A DNA stretch of 64,000 bases from Paramecium tetraurelia (taxonomy: Eukaryota), in NCBI GenBank assembly GCA_000165425.1, contig CT868036.1, positions 1 to 64,000 of the forward strand, given 5' to 3'. Shown one piece after another: positions 1 to 13,470 of the stretch. Each line of letters begins with the position of its first letter. Within the stretch, counting starts at the first letter, position 1. The translations under genes were made by a program, and so were the position numbers. The notes below the pieces were generated by a model that ran no database searches, was not told where the DNA came from, and worked only from the letters and a program-made list of their open reading frames with translations.

Positions 1-1349
1 AATAAGCTAAAGAGAGTTTGAAAATGAGTATATGACAATCTAATAGAATCTACCCCCCTTAATAGAACTATTCCAAATTATTGTAACTTAACAAATATTC
101 GTAATTCTTTTTACTCAAAATGGGGCCTTAACATAATAATTTCAATTGAACTTTAAAATTAAATTTATAAGTTTCAGAGATAAGCAATTAATTCAGCCAA
201 ATTAAGAAAAGATTATAGATTTAATACTAGACAATTGAGACAAAAGTTCCTATCGCATAATGATAGATGCTTGAGAGCTCTTTAAAAAGTGGATCTAATA
301 ATATCTTTTATGGACTATTCCAAATATTCCCATACATTCTTGATAATGTATAATTAAATTAGGATTATTGATGTTTTGGTTAATGTCGTTTTCATGTTCT
401 TTTTTAATAATGGCATATAATTTGAATGATTTAAATTGTGGTATTTCTTATAGAATTGAATTCCATAAAAAAAAAGAGATTCAATTATTATTTGAAAATT
501 TAAACAGTAACCAAATTGTAATGCCCTGTTTCATTTCAATTTTTTAATTCTAATTTTGAGATATTCAATTTTTTATACACAGGAAAGGACCCTCTTTAAT
601 TATAGATATTAATAGATTTTACTTTAACTAAGTTTAGAGAAAAAGTTTTTAAGATAGTTACTAATTAATAGGAATTTATCTAATCAATGATAATAGGTAT
701 AAAATTATTGATCAATGAAAATAGAATGGAGAAAAATAAAAAATAATAAATTATGAAAATTCCATATTTAAGCTATTAATAAATTTAGTTATGGTGGAAA
801 AAAAATGGTTGTCATGAAATATTTTTTTTTTTTTTCCTCATCAAATATTGTGTAAATTGTATTTTTCTGAATTTTATACTTTTATAATATTTGTGACTTA
901 TATATAAAATAATTCAAGAGGAAAATTCAAAATAATTAATAATAGAGGATGTTGTTGTTCAAGTGATAGCTTTTTTTGATTTTAAGTTTATTGCAATTTA
1001 AGTAACTTTACATTGTTCAAAATAAAAATGAATAGCTTCAACTAAAAACGAAGAAATCCTTTTTATTAAATAATAATTTATGGATGCTTTTATTTAAAAA
1101 TAAGTTTATAATTAATATATAATATTTTGAAGTTAACTTTAGGCAATTGAGTTAAGAATTCAATCATCGTTTTCTTGGTACTAACGGATAGTATAGTAAT
1201 AAAATAGCTTAGGTGAAAGTAAAATATTATCGAAAATTTTTTCTTTCTAAGGTCATCATCAAAATATCTTAATTAATAGTTGATATTCAACTATAAAAAG
1301 AAAGATTAGTGAAACAGATATTAATATTATTTATATTTTAATAATTCTT

Positions 1350-4300
1350 ATGAATTATTTAGAAGTTAGAAAGGCAAATTCTAAATTAATTGATAAACCG
1401 TTTCAAGAATAGAATAATAGAAACTTGATTATAACAGAATAGATCTAATCGGTAACAAATATAACCTTATTCGAAATTTCAAATTATTAGATCGATTATC
1501 ATAATTTGGTTTCTTCTATTCAATTAAGAGGTGGTGGATGCTTGAAATCAACACCAACTCGTTCTGATTTAATTTCTAATTTGCAATAAATTGATAATAG
1601 ATTTCTAACCTAATTACCAACATTTGCAAACGTAATTTCTGAAAAATCTTTAAGTTTTTAAGATAAATTGTATCAGGATGAAGTACTTCTTGCATTTTAG
1701 TGGTTTTAAAACAATAAAGAATAATTTTATATTCTTTGTAATAATTAATCTGAAAATACAAAAAACTATTAATTGATCGAAAAAATAACAGAATAATTAA
1801 TGAGATCATTAACAATTTATATCAAGTTGTCAGGCTTTCTTTTTAAATAGTTATTATAAATTTGTAATGACTTCTGGAGAATAATATTTTCTCATTAATT
1901 ACAGAATGAAGATAGATACATGTAGGATGAAATTTAAAAGAATTTTTTAGAAATTATTGAAGAGGTTGACTCTCAAATGTAAGTAGAAGCAGTTAATATT
2001 TGGATGAACGGAGCTAAGTTTGAGCTTTAATTGATAAAAATTTGCGTATCTCATTGTAGGACTAATTCCCAAAAAGGATAGGAATTAGTTATATCTATTG
2101 TTAGTGGACTATTTTCATCGATATCTTAACTAAGACCTAGTGAAGAGCTAATAGATTCGTTAATTGAAGGAGGAAAATTTCTGCTCTTGAATTTCTACCA
2201 TAAGTGAATATAAAATCCTCTTCAGGTTTATGAAATTTATTTTTATTTCGAAAATCATAAATGGTCTATTGTAATTCAATTGAAATTGGGTTATTCTATT
2301 CAGAATATTATGAAACAGATTCAAGATGGATATTCAAAATACATTAAACAATCTAAGGATTGGAGAATTCATTATTTTTGGGTCAATTTGATATCAGATA
2401 TTATGTGTTATAGACCAATTTTTCTTAAGACTGAAATGAAATAATTATCATAATCATAAACTGTTGATGAAGAAACCTGGAATTAATTAGTAATCAAGTT
2501 GCCTTATAATAAGTTTGCTGGTAAACTCAAATTATTTTCTAACAATAATTTTACATTGAAAAAGTATGCAACTTTAAAATTGTTTTAAGAGTACTTGATT
2601 CAAAAAAATTAGAGTGATATTTAACTTTTGCCCAATTATATTAATTTTAATTTCAATGCTCAAGAAAGGAAAAAATTTTAAGATGAAGATCTTTTTATTC
2701 AATCATTAACAAATCAATCGAACTTAGAAATTTTAAAAGCTTTAATGAAATAATTAAGGTATTAAAATGACCAAGCAACCAGTAATTTTGTTATTGCAAA
2801 AGAAAAAGTGAGTCAACATGATACATATTTGAGAGGTGAAAAGCATATTGAATTCAAAATCTTTAGCTAAGAACTACAATTCTTGATGAAACAAATTAAA
2901 TAATCAAGTCTGCTATAATTATATTTAATTAACGAGATAAATTTACTTGTGAATAAGGAACTTTAAAATAATTTAATAATATAAACGATATTCTAAGAAT
3001 AGTTTAAAATATTGGGATAAGACTCAAAAAAAATAAAGGAATAAACTTTAAAAGACATACAAGAAATTGAAAATAAATATGCATCTGAATTTTTGGGTAA
3101 TTTATAGAATGTTTCTTAATTTTGGTCATAAATTGTTTAATATACAACTTTCTCACATATAGAATTAATTGAGGGGAATATTGAATTGGAAAAATCTCTT
3201 TAAATATAATTGGATTAGAATATTAAATATTTTACAAATATAAATAACTACCTAGATAAATTTCAATTATAGATCTCTAATGTTAAAACTAAATTCTTAA
3301 AGATTTTAGAATAGTAGAAACACAAGGATTTAATGAAAGAATCGATAAGTTAAAGACAATTACTTGATATTATGATAAAGTTGTTTAATCCTAAATTGAC
3401 ATTAAAATTGATAAATGAAAGCATTTAATATTATTAAAAATTGTTACAAGAGGAAATTTAAATTGAAAATGTGAAAGATGTTCGGAAAATTCTTATAGTC
3501 ATTCAATCAAACATTAATATTTATAAGGGATTATAAATGCTTTTTAAATAGCACCACAAGAAATTATTATCAATATAAACATAATTATAAGGGGCGTTTG
3601 AAAAAATAAGTGTTGCTCACATTAAAACTTAATAAAATTGTGAAATTGATATTAAATACCATAGAACAGCATTCATCCTGGAGATGATGGATTAACTGCA
3701 GCTTTTGTTTCAAAAATACTAAAATTAAGAACNNNNNNNNNNNNNNNNNNNNNNNNNNNNNNNNNNNNNNNNNNNNNNNNNNNNNNNNNNNNNNNNNNNN
3801 NNNNNNNNNNNNNNNNNNNNNNNNNNNNNNNNNNNNNNNNNNNNNNNNNNNNNNNNNNNNNNNNNNNNNNNNNNNNNNNNNNNNNNNNNNNNNNNNNNNN
3901 NNNNNNNNNNNNNNNNNNNNNNNNNNNNNNNNNNNNNNNNNNNNNNNNNNNNNNNNNNNNNNNNNNNNNNNNNNNNNNNNNNNNNNNNNNNNNNNNNNNN
4001 NNNNNNNNNNNNNNNNNNNNNNNNNNNNNNNNNNNNNNNNNNNNNNNNNNNNNNNNNNNNNNNNNNNNNNNNNNNNNNNNNNNNNNNNNNNNNNNNNNNN
4101 NNNNNNNNNNNNNNNNNNNNNNNNNNNNNNNNNNNNNNNNNNNNNNNNNNNNNNNNNNNNNNNNNNNNNNNNNNNNNNNNNNNNNNNNNNNNNNNNNNNN
4201 NNNNNNNNNNNNNNNNNNNNNNNNNNNNNNNNNNNNNNNNNNNNNNNNNNNNNNNNNNNNNNNNNNNNNNNNNNNNNNNNNNNNNNNNNNNNNNNNNNNN

Positions 4301-7300
4301 NNNNNNNNNNNNNNNNNNNNNNNNNNNNNNNNNNNNNNNNNNNNNNNNNNNNNNNNNNNNNNNNNNNNNNNNNNNNNNNNNNNNNNNNNNNNNNNNNNNN
4401 NNNNNNNNNNNNNNNNNNNNNNNNNNNNNNNNNNNNNNNNNNNNNNNNNNNNNNNNNNNNNNNNNNNNNNNNNNNNNNNNNNNNNNNNNNNNNNNNNNNN
4501 NNNNNNNNNNNNNNNNNNNNNNNNNNNNNNNNNNNNNNNNNNNNNNNNNNNNNNNNNNNNNNNNNNNNNNNNNNNNNNNNNNNNNNNNNNNNNNNNNNNN
4601 NNNNNNNNNNNNNNNNNNNNNNNNNNNNNNNNNNNNNNNNNNNNNNNNNNNNNNNNNNNNNNNNNNNNNNNNNNNNNNNNNNNNNNNNNCCTTTGAGACA
4701 ATCCGTTCTAATCAATAAAATACTAAAATTAAGAACTTACAGAAGAATAATTAACAGACTTCAACATAATATCAAATCAAATTAGTAAAGAAATTAATAA
4801 TATAAAGTTCATGGATTGGCCAGATCAAATCAAAACTCATCATATTTTACTACTATCTGAAATTAAGCTGCAATTAGAACTCCTTAGTTTGGTACAGCAA
4901 GACAGAAATATTATCTATATAGAAATTTCAAAACTATTGGATGGATATCTTAAAGAAATAAATTCAGAAGATAAACCAAATGAGCACTAGCCCTTAACTA
5001 AGGGTATAAAGCAATCGTCTACCAATGATGAAATTTTGATATTGAAATTAAAAGATTTTTTTGATTGTGAAGGGCCTTTGAATATTTTAGAGAAGTTGAT
5101 TACCAAATCAAAAAAGATTAAAAGCATATTTAGGTAAAACCATTTAAATGCAGCTTCTCAAAATTTATAAACCAACTTCGATTTATTGAATAAATTAAAG
5201 GATGCCTAAACATTAAGTCTCAAACAAGCTATTACTGATTTACTATAACAAACCTTAGTATTTTGTTAAATGATTAATACACATGAGTAAATTATTTTTG
5301 ATTAAGGGTTTATTGAAAAGAGCTAAAATTAACCTAATTTAGATTAAATTTCTGCATTATTACATATATTAAACTTTGATACTCTGAATTTTTAAAATTA
5401 AAGGATGGAACATGGAGTAGAAAAAGTTGATATAATATAGAATATGATTGCAGAATTGGAAAAAGATATGAAAATAATTTAAGAAGAAAATATTTTTGAT
5501 ACACTTTCAGATTAATCCTATAAAGTTCGAGAATTAGTTGTATTCAATTTAATTAAAATACAAACAATCATTTAAGAACAACCAATATAAGAGTTTTGTG
5601 AAAATTTATTAAAATAAATCTGGATAATTGAAAAGCATTCAAGTGTTAGAAGCCTTCTAAAAAATGAAGAAATGATAAAAATGCAGAAGAAACTATTTTC
5701 TCAAGATTTATAAAATTTCTCACTTAAAATAAAAAAAGAGATGCAAACAAAATTTAAATAGATTGAGCAACTTGAAACTTAAGTTCTTCTAAGCGGCAAC
5801 TAGGATGAAATTAAGAAATCACTATAACAGTAGTATGATGAATTTGAGATATATTTGGATAACATAACAGATATGTCATAAAGATTAGATATTAGTTTAG
5901 TATTTTTAAGGGAAATTAGTAAGGATTTGAAAAATATTAAATCATCCATAGATTCAATACTAATAAGTGTAAAAGGAGTTGAGGATGATATAAGAAGATT
6001 AAGAGGTAAAAATTTTATGGAATTGCTAACCATTCGAAAGTAGAAAGTTTTATACTAAAAGCTAGAAAATGAGTAAGATTAAATTCATATTGAAATTAAA
6101 ACTTAAGAATATGACCCAATTTCTGGAAATAAAAAAAAAAACAAGGGTGGAGAATTTGAAAGCTTTTTGATGAAATCGTAATGTGATAATTATGATGGGG
6201 AAGTTAATGAATTTTTGTGGAGTGGTTATGAAAAACTAAAAGATGTAATGCTAATAAAAGGAAAAGCAGGATCAGGAAAAAGTAGAGCTTCACGGAACAT
6301 TGAAGAATTTATTTGGATTTGCGATTCAATTTCACCAAATTGGATTCCAATTTATGCGTCACTTCCTTAATTAAAAGATCCTAATCACAATTTAATTGAA
6401 CAGGCTCTTGAGTCTGAAAATTACAACTTTGACGGTATTTAAATCAGAGAATTTAAAGATGCAGTCATAAATGGAAAATTAAAGATTGTTATTATACTTG
6501 AAAGCTATGATGAGATGAAATATGATTATATTGGAACAAATCTATATAATAGAAATCGAGTAGCATATGATCTAAACCTTTAAGCCTAAGACTTAAAAGT
6601 AAAGTTTATAATTACTACAAGAGAAGAAATACTAAACACTATAGGATATTAAACATGGTTTTATGGTTCGAGTTTATAAAATCTTAAAGAAGTAGAAATA
6701 CTACCTTTTCGCTAGGAACAGAGTTCATAGTATCTTAACATATATGCTGAAATCAGTATTAAAAGAACAATTAAAAGGTTTTATGAGTTTCTCAAACAAT
6801 TAAAGGGTTAAAACTTTTAATTAGAGGAGTTTAAGTTAATTTGGAGTCAAATAGAAAATACAATTAATTCTATTATATTATAAAGAAGAAAAACTGATAT
6901 GCTGTTTTTAAACTCAGATATTGAAAGGATAATAAAAGCAATATAAAATGTTCAGTTTTTTAGTTTTATCTAATCGAATTAAATGTTATCTCTAAAAAAA
7001 GAACTTCTTTAATTATGGGGAGAATAAAAATTTTAATCAGTAGTTAAAAATGTAAATATCACACATCTATTAAGTACACCATTTATGATGGAAATAATTG
7101 TATATGTGTTGCCTAAAATGTCTTCACTTTTCTCTAAAGCCAACAGAATTAGAGAATTACTGAAGAAAAACTATATGATTTTGAAAAAGGAAGCTAACAA
7201 TTCACAGGTACAGCTGGAAATTTATTAACAATACAGTAACAATAGTATTAACTTTGAGGCAGAAAATTATAGAAAAAGTAAAACGATGAAAGAAATTGAA

Positions 7301-10300
7301 ATAACTTAATAGTTTACTTAAATTTTAGAAGATTTAGATAATTCAAACTTTTTTGAATCATTTTCAATAGCCGATTCTTTAGAATGTGTAAACAATACTA
7401 CAATTTTTTCTAATAAAACATTCAACGTCAGATTTGATGCCAATTATGTTGTTTCAGCTTTCAAGCTCTAATAGTATACTGCATTTGATTTTTATGAAAT
7501 ATTTGTGAATTTCTATCACAATTAACAACTTTAAAAGCTGAAAGATTTGGGTATAAGTATTAAAGAAGAAAGTATGCTTTAAGATTTAAATGATTTTTCA
7601 ACATTTTTGGCAATCGATATGTCCTTGAGGTAGCTTACTTAGGTAAATTATAAATAAAAACGGAAATTATATATTTCTTCAGTTAAGGAAGAGAGGAAGG
7701 TTGAAGTTTCTTGGGATGATTCATATTTTGATGAAAATTAAGACGATTTTGAGTATAAATCACTCTTGCGAAAGTGTATGTTGATAAATTCCAAACGCAG
7801 TTTATATGCATTTAATCATAAATCTATCTAAGAATTTTTCGTAGCCAACTATATCATAAATTTAATAGAGATAATCTTTTCCCAAGGAAATGGAGAAGTG
7901 AATTAAAATTTCTTAAATCAATGCAGTTTTAACAAAAATGAATTTAATTTATCATTAGAGCATTATTCTGGGACATTAGAATTGTTAAAACCAAAGATAA
8001 TATAGATTGAAGATATAAAGAATAAATTAATTTAGATAACACAACTATCAAGGAAAAATTCTTAAAATAATCTTAAAAGATCAGCTTCAAATTCAATCTA
8101 TATCCTCGGTTCTTTAAGAGAGCATTTTGAAAAAATTGATCTAAGTGATTTATGTATAGAATATACTAAATTAGATGGAATGAGTTTTTATTAATGCAAT
8201 TTTAACAACTCTTAATTTCATAATGTATCTATAGATTCTTGTAATTTTAATTGCTCAACAATAGAAAATGCTACTTGGACAAATTTGATTTGCAAAGAAA
8301 AACCATCAATAAAAGCTCACACTAGTTCGATTAAATATGTGACTTTTAGTGATAATGGAAAGTTTTTAATTTCAGGGAGTGAAACCGGAGTTATTATAAA
8401 ATAGGAGTTGTTAGCTGATTCAGAACCTAAAAAAACGATACTACCAAATAATGATAATGATAAATTAAGAACATTATCTACTGGAAAAAATTTGCTTGCT
8501 TGCCTTTCTAATAAGTCTTTATATATATATAGTTTAAGTGATTTGAAAGAATTACAATCTTTTCCAGCAACAAGTATTTATTTTAAAGATGTTGACATCA
8601 TTAGATTTTCACCAAATGATAAATATTTAGCTGTAACATTAAGAAAAGGTATAACACTCTCTGTTTTTAGTAGAAAATCTACTTCAATAATAAGCATAGC
8701 AATTCAAATTTGTATCACAACAGAATTAAGATTACATTAATAGAATAGCAATTTCTCCAAACTAATAGCTTTTAGCCACAGGTGGTTATAAAGTTAAAAT
8801 TTGGAATTCTACTAACATTTCAGATGTTTAATAAATCTTAGAACTTCCAGGAGAAAAAATTAAAATAAATTCAATTGCATTTTCAATGGATAATTAGGTA
8901 TTAGCTGCAGCAATAGGCAAGAAGTTAGAATTTTGGAATATTTAGAATCTTAATCAAGTTTTTTTAAAATATAGGTTTGACTCACTAAATGAAATAGTTT
9001 AAATATGCTTATTCAAAAAATGGATAGCTATTTGCTTCTAAATCAGAAAAGGTATTAAAAATATATGAGGTTCAAAAGTTGCCTGATCAATAAGACTTTT
9101 TTAGAATAAATTCTGAACTTCCAGTGGATTTAATTGAAATTTCTTCAGATTGTTAAATTTTGGCTATGAGCCATATATAAATTTCCAAAAATGATAGTCC
9201 TAAGATTACAATATGGGACATTAAAAACCTGCATAATGTGAAGATGATCTCAGTTCTTAAAGAACAATCTGAAAATATTTCAGCCTTAAAAATCAGAAAT
9301 GATAATTTAGTTTTAGGTTCCGGTAGCTTAGATCATTCAATTTGTCTTTGGGATTTACTAAAACTAGAATTAATTGTGAAGTTAACATCTCATAAAGTTA
9401 AAATTTTAGATCTTGCATTTTCATCGGATATTTAGCAAATGGCATCCTGCAGTGTAGATGAAACAATTATTTTTTGGGATACCACAAATATTGGTAAACC
9501 ATAAATTAAAATGACTTAATAATAACAACTTGGAGTTAAAAAGGTTCTTTATTGTCCAAATAGGTCACTTTTAGTGTCAATATAGGGGGAAACTTATAAT
9601 GAAATCAAATTATGGAATTCTGCAGAATTTAAGCTTATTTCAACAAACACGAATTAAGCATAGCTTATAGACATAAATTTTAGTGAGGATGGAGAGAATA
9701 TGTTATCTTTGAATTAGAATACAATTCTTACAATTTGGAAAATAGATGACTAAGGTTTTGAAATTTAAAAATAAATCAAGATTGATGGAGAAAAATACGT
9801 ATCTCAAGCATATTTTTTAAATAGTTAAAGTATTATTGCTCGTTTCGGATCGTCCGTATATCATTTATATATAAAAGATTAAGAAATTTAAAAAAAACAT
9901 AAATATGGCTTTTCAAATACTCCTAATAGTATTTAAGTTTCATAAAATAAAAAAATCATTGTAATGAAAGATGATGGTGATCCTAATAAAATTGAGATAA
10001 TTGTTATTGAAAATCATAACAGATACAATAATGTAGATTTCTAGGATAAAATTAAAGATTTCGAATTTTCTAATGATGCTTCACTTTTAGCGGTTGCAAC
10101 AGATAAGGGAGCATTTATTAAAGATATTATAAAAAATTAAATATTGTAGAATTTTTAATAAAATCAGTGTTGTCAGTTGATTTGTTTTATTGGGAAAGAA
10201 TAATTAGCAATCATGTTAGAGTAATAATTAGTTTTATATGATATATAAGATATTAATTCATCAAAAACAATATCTATAATTTAATTATATGATAAACCTT

Positions 10301-12783
10301 AGAAAATGATTTTCTTAGAGCAAAGATAGGAGATTTGTATTTATAGTAAGAGCAGCTTTGTACTGATAAGCTTATTAGAATTATAATAAATTAAATTAAT
10401 ATCATTTGAAGAGGATGCATAATCAAGTGATGTAATTTTCGATTCGGAATAATTATTTATGGGTATTGGAATAAAATAACACATTTAATTTATCTCACTT
10501 TCAAATGCTATTAAAATCGAAAAAATAATCAAATTATATGATACCAATGATGATAATCCTCACACTTATACAAACTTTTCTCAAGACTGTAATATTTTCT
10601 CAATATTAACCCCTAAGTTATTGTATTTATAATTGGATATTAGTTCTAATTAGATTTTAAAAAAAGTTAGTTTTAAATCTTATCGCAATCCCTGCGCATT
10701 AAATAATTAAGAAACTTTGATAATTGTCAATGACATTGGAATATAAAAGAAGAATTTATTCCTAATTGACCTAGAAACCTAAAAAACAGTGACTTGTTTT
10801 GAAGAAGTAGATTAAAGAAAATTCAGATGTCTAACAATTGTTTTTTCTTAAGATGGATAAAATTTTGTTACCAGTTATTCAAACTTAATCATTAAATTTT
10901 GGGATACTAAATCTTGCAAATTGCTCTCTACTTTTAAAACAGATACTAATTCAATCTAAATCCTTACGATTTCAATAAAAGGAATATTAGCTTAAACAAG
11001 TGATGATATCATAAAGTTATGGGATTTAAATGCCTTAAAACAATAATAATAAGAAATGGATGGTCATACTTCTTCAGTAAATGAGATCTGTATTTCTTCA
11101 GATGGCTTATAAATGGTGACAGGATCTGAAGAAGAAATAATAAGATGGGATTTTATTGAACTAAAACAACTTGATATATTAATTAAGGGTAAAAGTCTTC
11201 CATCTAAATTTTGTTTCTCGCCCAATAGTCAATATTTTATTGCTCTAGGAGAATAATCAATTCATATCTGGAAATTTATTACAAAATATATTATTGAATT
11301 TCACAAAATATATTGGTGTGACTCTATAAAAGAACAAAAATTGGGTGTTGGTTAAAACCATGTCATCTACAAGAATGGTGAATCCAAAATATTCATAATG
11401 AACTTAGAATAAATAAGTAAATAGATTTAAATATAATTTTAATCTGATTTAAAGAATCAAACAAGATCAATTATTCTTTCAAAAAATTTGCTGATAAAAA
11501 CCAATCCATTGGAGATAATTCATATAAACAATAAATTAGAGTTAAAAAATGAATAAATGGTTGGAATATCAGCCAGTTAAATAACAAAAATTGCATATTG
11601 TGCTAATTCATCGAGATTTGCTTTTGAAAATGAAGATCAATCAATTATTATATGGTCAATTGAAAAAAAATAACAACTGGGGATATTAAATTCTAATGAA
11701 AATAAAAAAACTTAGCTTGTAACTATGATATTTTCTGGAAATAGTAAGATACTGTTCTCATATCATGATGATAAAAAAATAAGATTATGGAATATAACTG
11801 ATAAATTTGAGTTGATTGAGATATAAGATCTGAAGAACGATAAGTACTTGGTATATTCTCTAAATTTGCATTTGCATTCTAGTAAAGATGAGGAATATAT
11901 ATTAATATGGGGTGAAACTATTAATTGGTCGGATTTTGAGGTAGGTGCAATATTTTTTTAGATTGGCACTATTGTAAAATAATTAGGTTAAGCTTCTGTT
12001 GATTGCAAAAAAAAATTTTCAGCGGCATTTAATGTATCAAATAATGTAATTGCTCTTTAAACTGAATCAATACTTCAACTATATGATATATCTTAGGAAG
12101 AAATCATAGTCATCGCAACTTTCGAGGATAATCCACTTAATGATTTATTGTGTAAATCTAATCTAATATTTTCATCTGATGGGAAAATTCTTTTATCATT
12201 AGGCACTGATTTCACAGTAAGATTGTGGGATATTTCTGATTAAAGCTCAATAAAAGTCAAGGTTAATATGAAAAAACCAATATAAGCTGTGGCTATCCAG
12301 TTTATAAATTCAGAAACAATCAGGATTCTTAGTGAATCGGGTATTATAATTGATTAAAATATTTCAGAATATTTAGAAATAGGTGTTATCAAAGATAAAG
12401 ATTAGTTTGATTTTAGAGCTGCAAAATAATAATTAGGTATATCCAAATATAGTGGAAAACTTAATAATAGAACTTTGGAGATTCTTGATTCTCAAACAAG
12501 CTAATTATAATATACTTTGAATAAATTTAGCTCCAAAATAAATGCAATTTAATTTACTCCATCCTAAGAATAATTCATTCTAGGAATGGAGGATGGATCA
12601 ATATTGTTCTATAAGATCAATTAGTAGACAATATAATTTTATGGCATACCTGCTTGCTATCATATATTTGCCAAAAATCCTCTTTTATCAGCTTAAAATT
12701 GCAATATTAGACAATCCACTTTTAAGACAATTGAAAATGAAAATTTTGAAAAAGTATTATGCGAGAAAGGAGCCAAAAAATGA
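1350..12783 (+). CDS. Giant NLR-like STAND protein: LRGG-GC leader, long helical/coiled-coil region, NACHT-type NTPase, pentapeptide repeats, many WD40 repeats. Possibly a pseudogene or carrying assembly errors.
   Basis: Table-6 translation from ATG 1350 (MNYLEVRK...QLRGGGCLKST). Walker A DVMLIKGKAGSGKS ~6242-6283; Walker B KIVIILESYDEM ~6482-6517; NACHT-associated AFNHKSIQEFF ~7808-7840; pentapeptide-like FYQCNFNNSQFHNVSIDSCNFNCS ~8185-8260; WD40s such as LGSGSLDHSICLWD and MDGHTSSVNEICISSDG; TGA at 12781. Disrupted by an in-frame TGA at 2205, an N-gap at 3733-4689, a likely 22-nt intron at 8649-8670 and an unexplained frame change near 9000. Confidence 0.85.
3733..4689. other. Assembly gap (run of N)
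   Basis: 957 N characters. Both flanks contain the same 20-mer, aaaatactaaaattaagaac. Confidence 0.99.
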
Positions 12784-13470
12784 ATGAGTCATAAATTTAT
12801 AACGTATTCATTATAGTATTTGAACAATGATTGTTGTTATTAATAATAACTTCTACTTTCGATTTTCTAATCTTCTTAATAATCATTCATCTTTTCAGAC
12901 GAAAATAGTTTTAGGCTTTATAATGATATTAATTTCTATAAAAATAAAACTGTTAGTTTAAAAATCATTATGAGAAAAATCTTAGAACCTAATATTTGTT
13001 TTTCAATTATTATTTAAACTAATTTAATTATGAAAGTTCCTTTATATTAAATTCAAATGATAAATTTATTAGAACTATATATAAAATCTTAAATTAGGCA
13101 AATTATTCCAAAAATAACCTAATTACAAAATTATATTGAAAAAATTTTAAATTAAAACTAGGCATTAATTATTTTACATCAACAAGATTTAAATCAAGAA
13201 ACTATCATTAAATTTTAATTAAAATGAGCAATTTAAATAATATGAATAATAATATTTTATTAACAAATTCTTAAAACCTAATTATCTTATCAAATCATTT
13301 ACTAGAAAAATTGAAAAATGAAGGGGTTTTCAAACATTTCCAAATCTATTTTAGAACAATATTAGCATCCTTTCAATCTCTGTTATTTATTCTAAAAGGC
13401 ATATTTTAATTATAGGTTATTTTAAACTAAAAATTAAAAATAATAATTTATTGTTTTCTTTTGATTACTT

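Noticed and set aside
1..1349. Possible gene or relic upstream of the STAND gene, including an RGCCCSS string near 944-964 resembling a degenerate RGGGC motif
   Set aside because: The frames I tried are interrupted by TGA and show no recognisable domain; the motif match is too short to support.
3585..4715. 376-aa and 342-aa minus-strand ORFs in the supplied track
   Set aside because: Artefacts of translating the N-gap.
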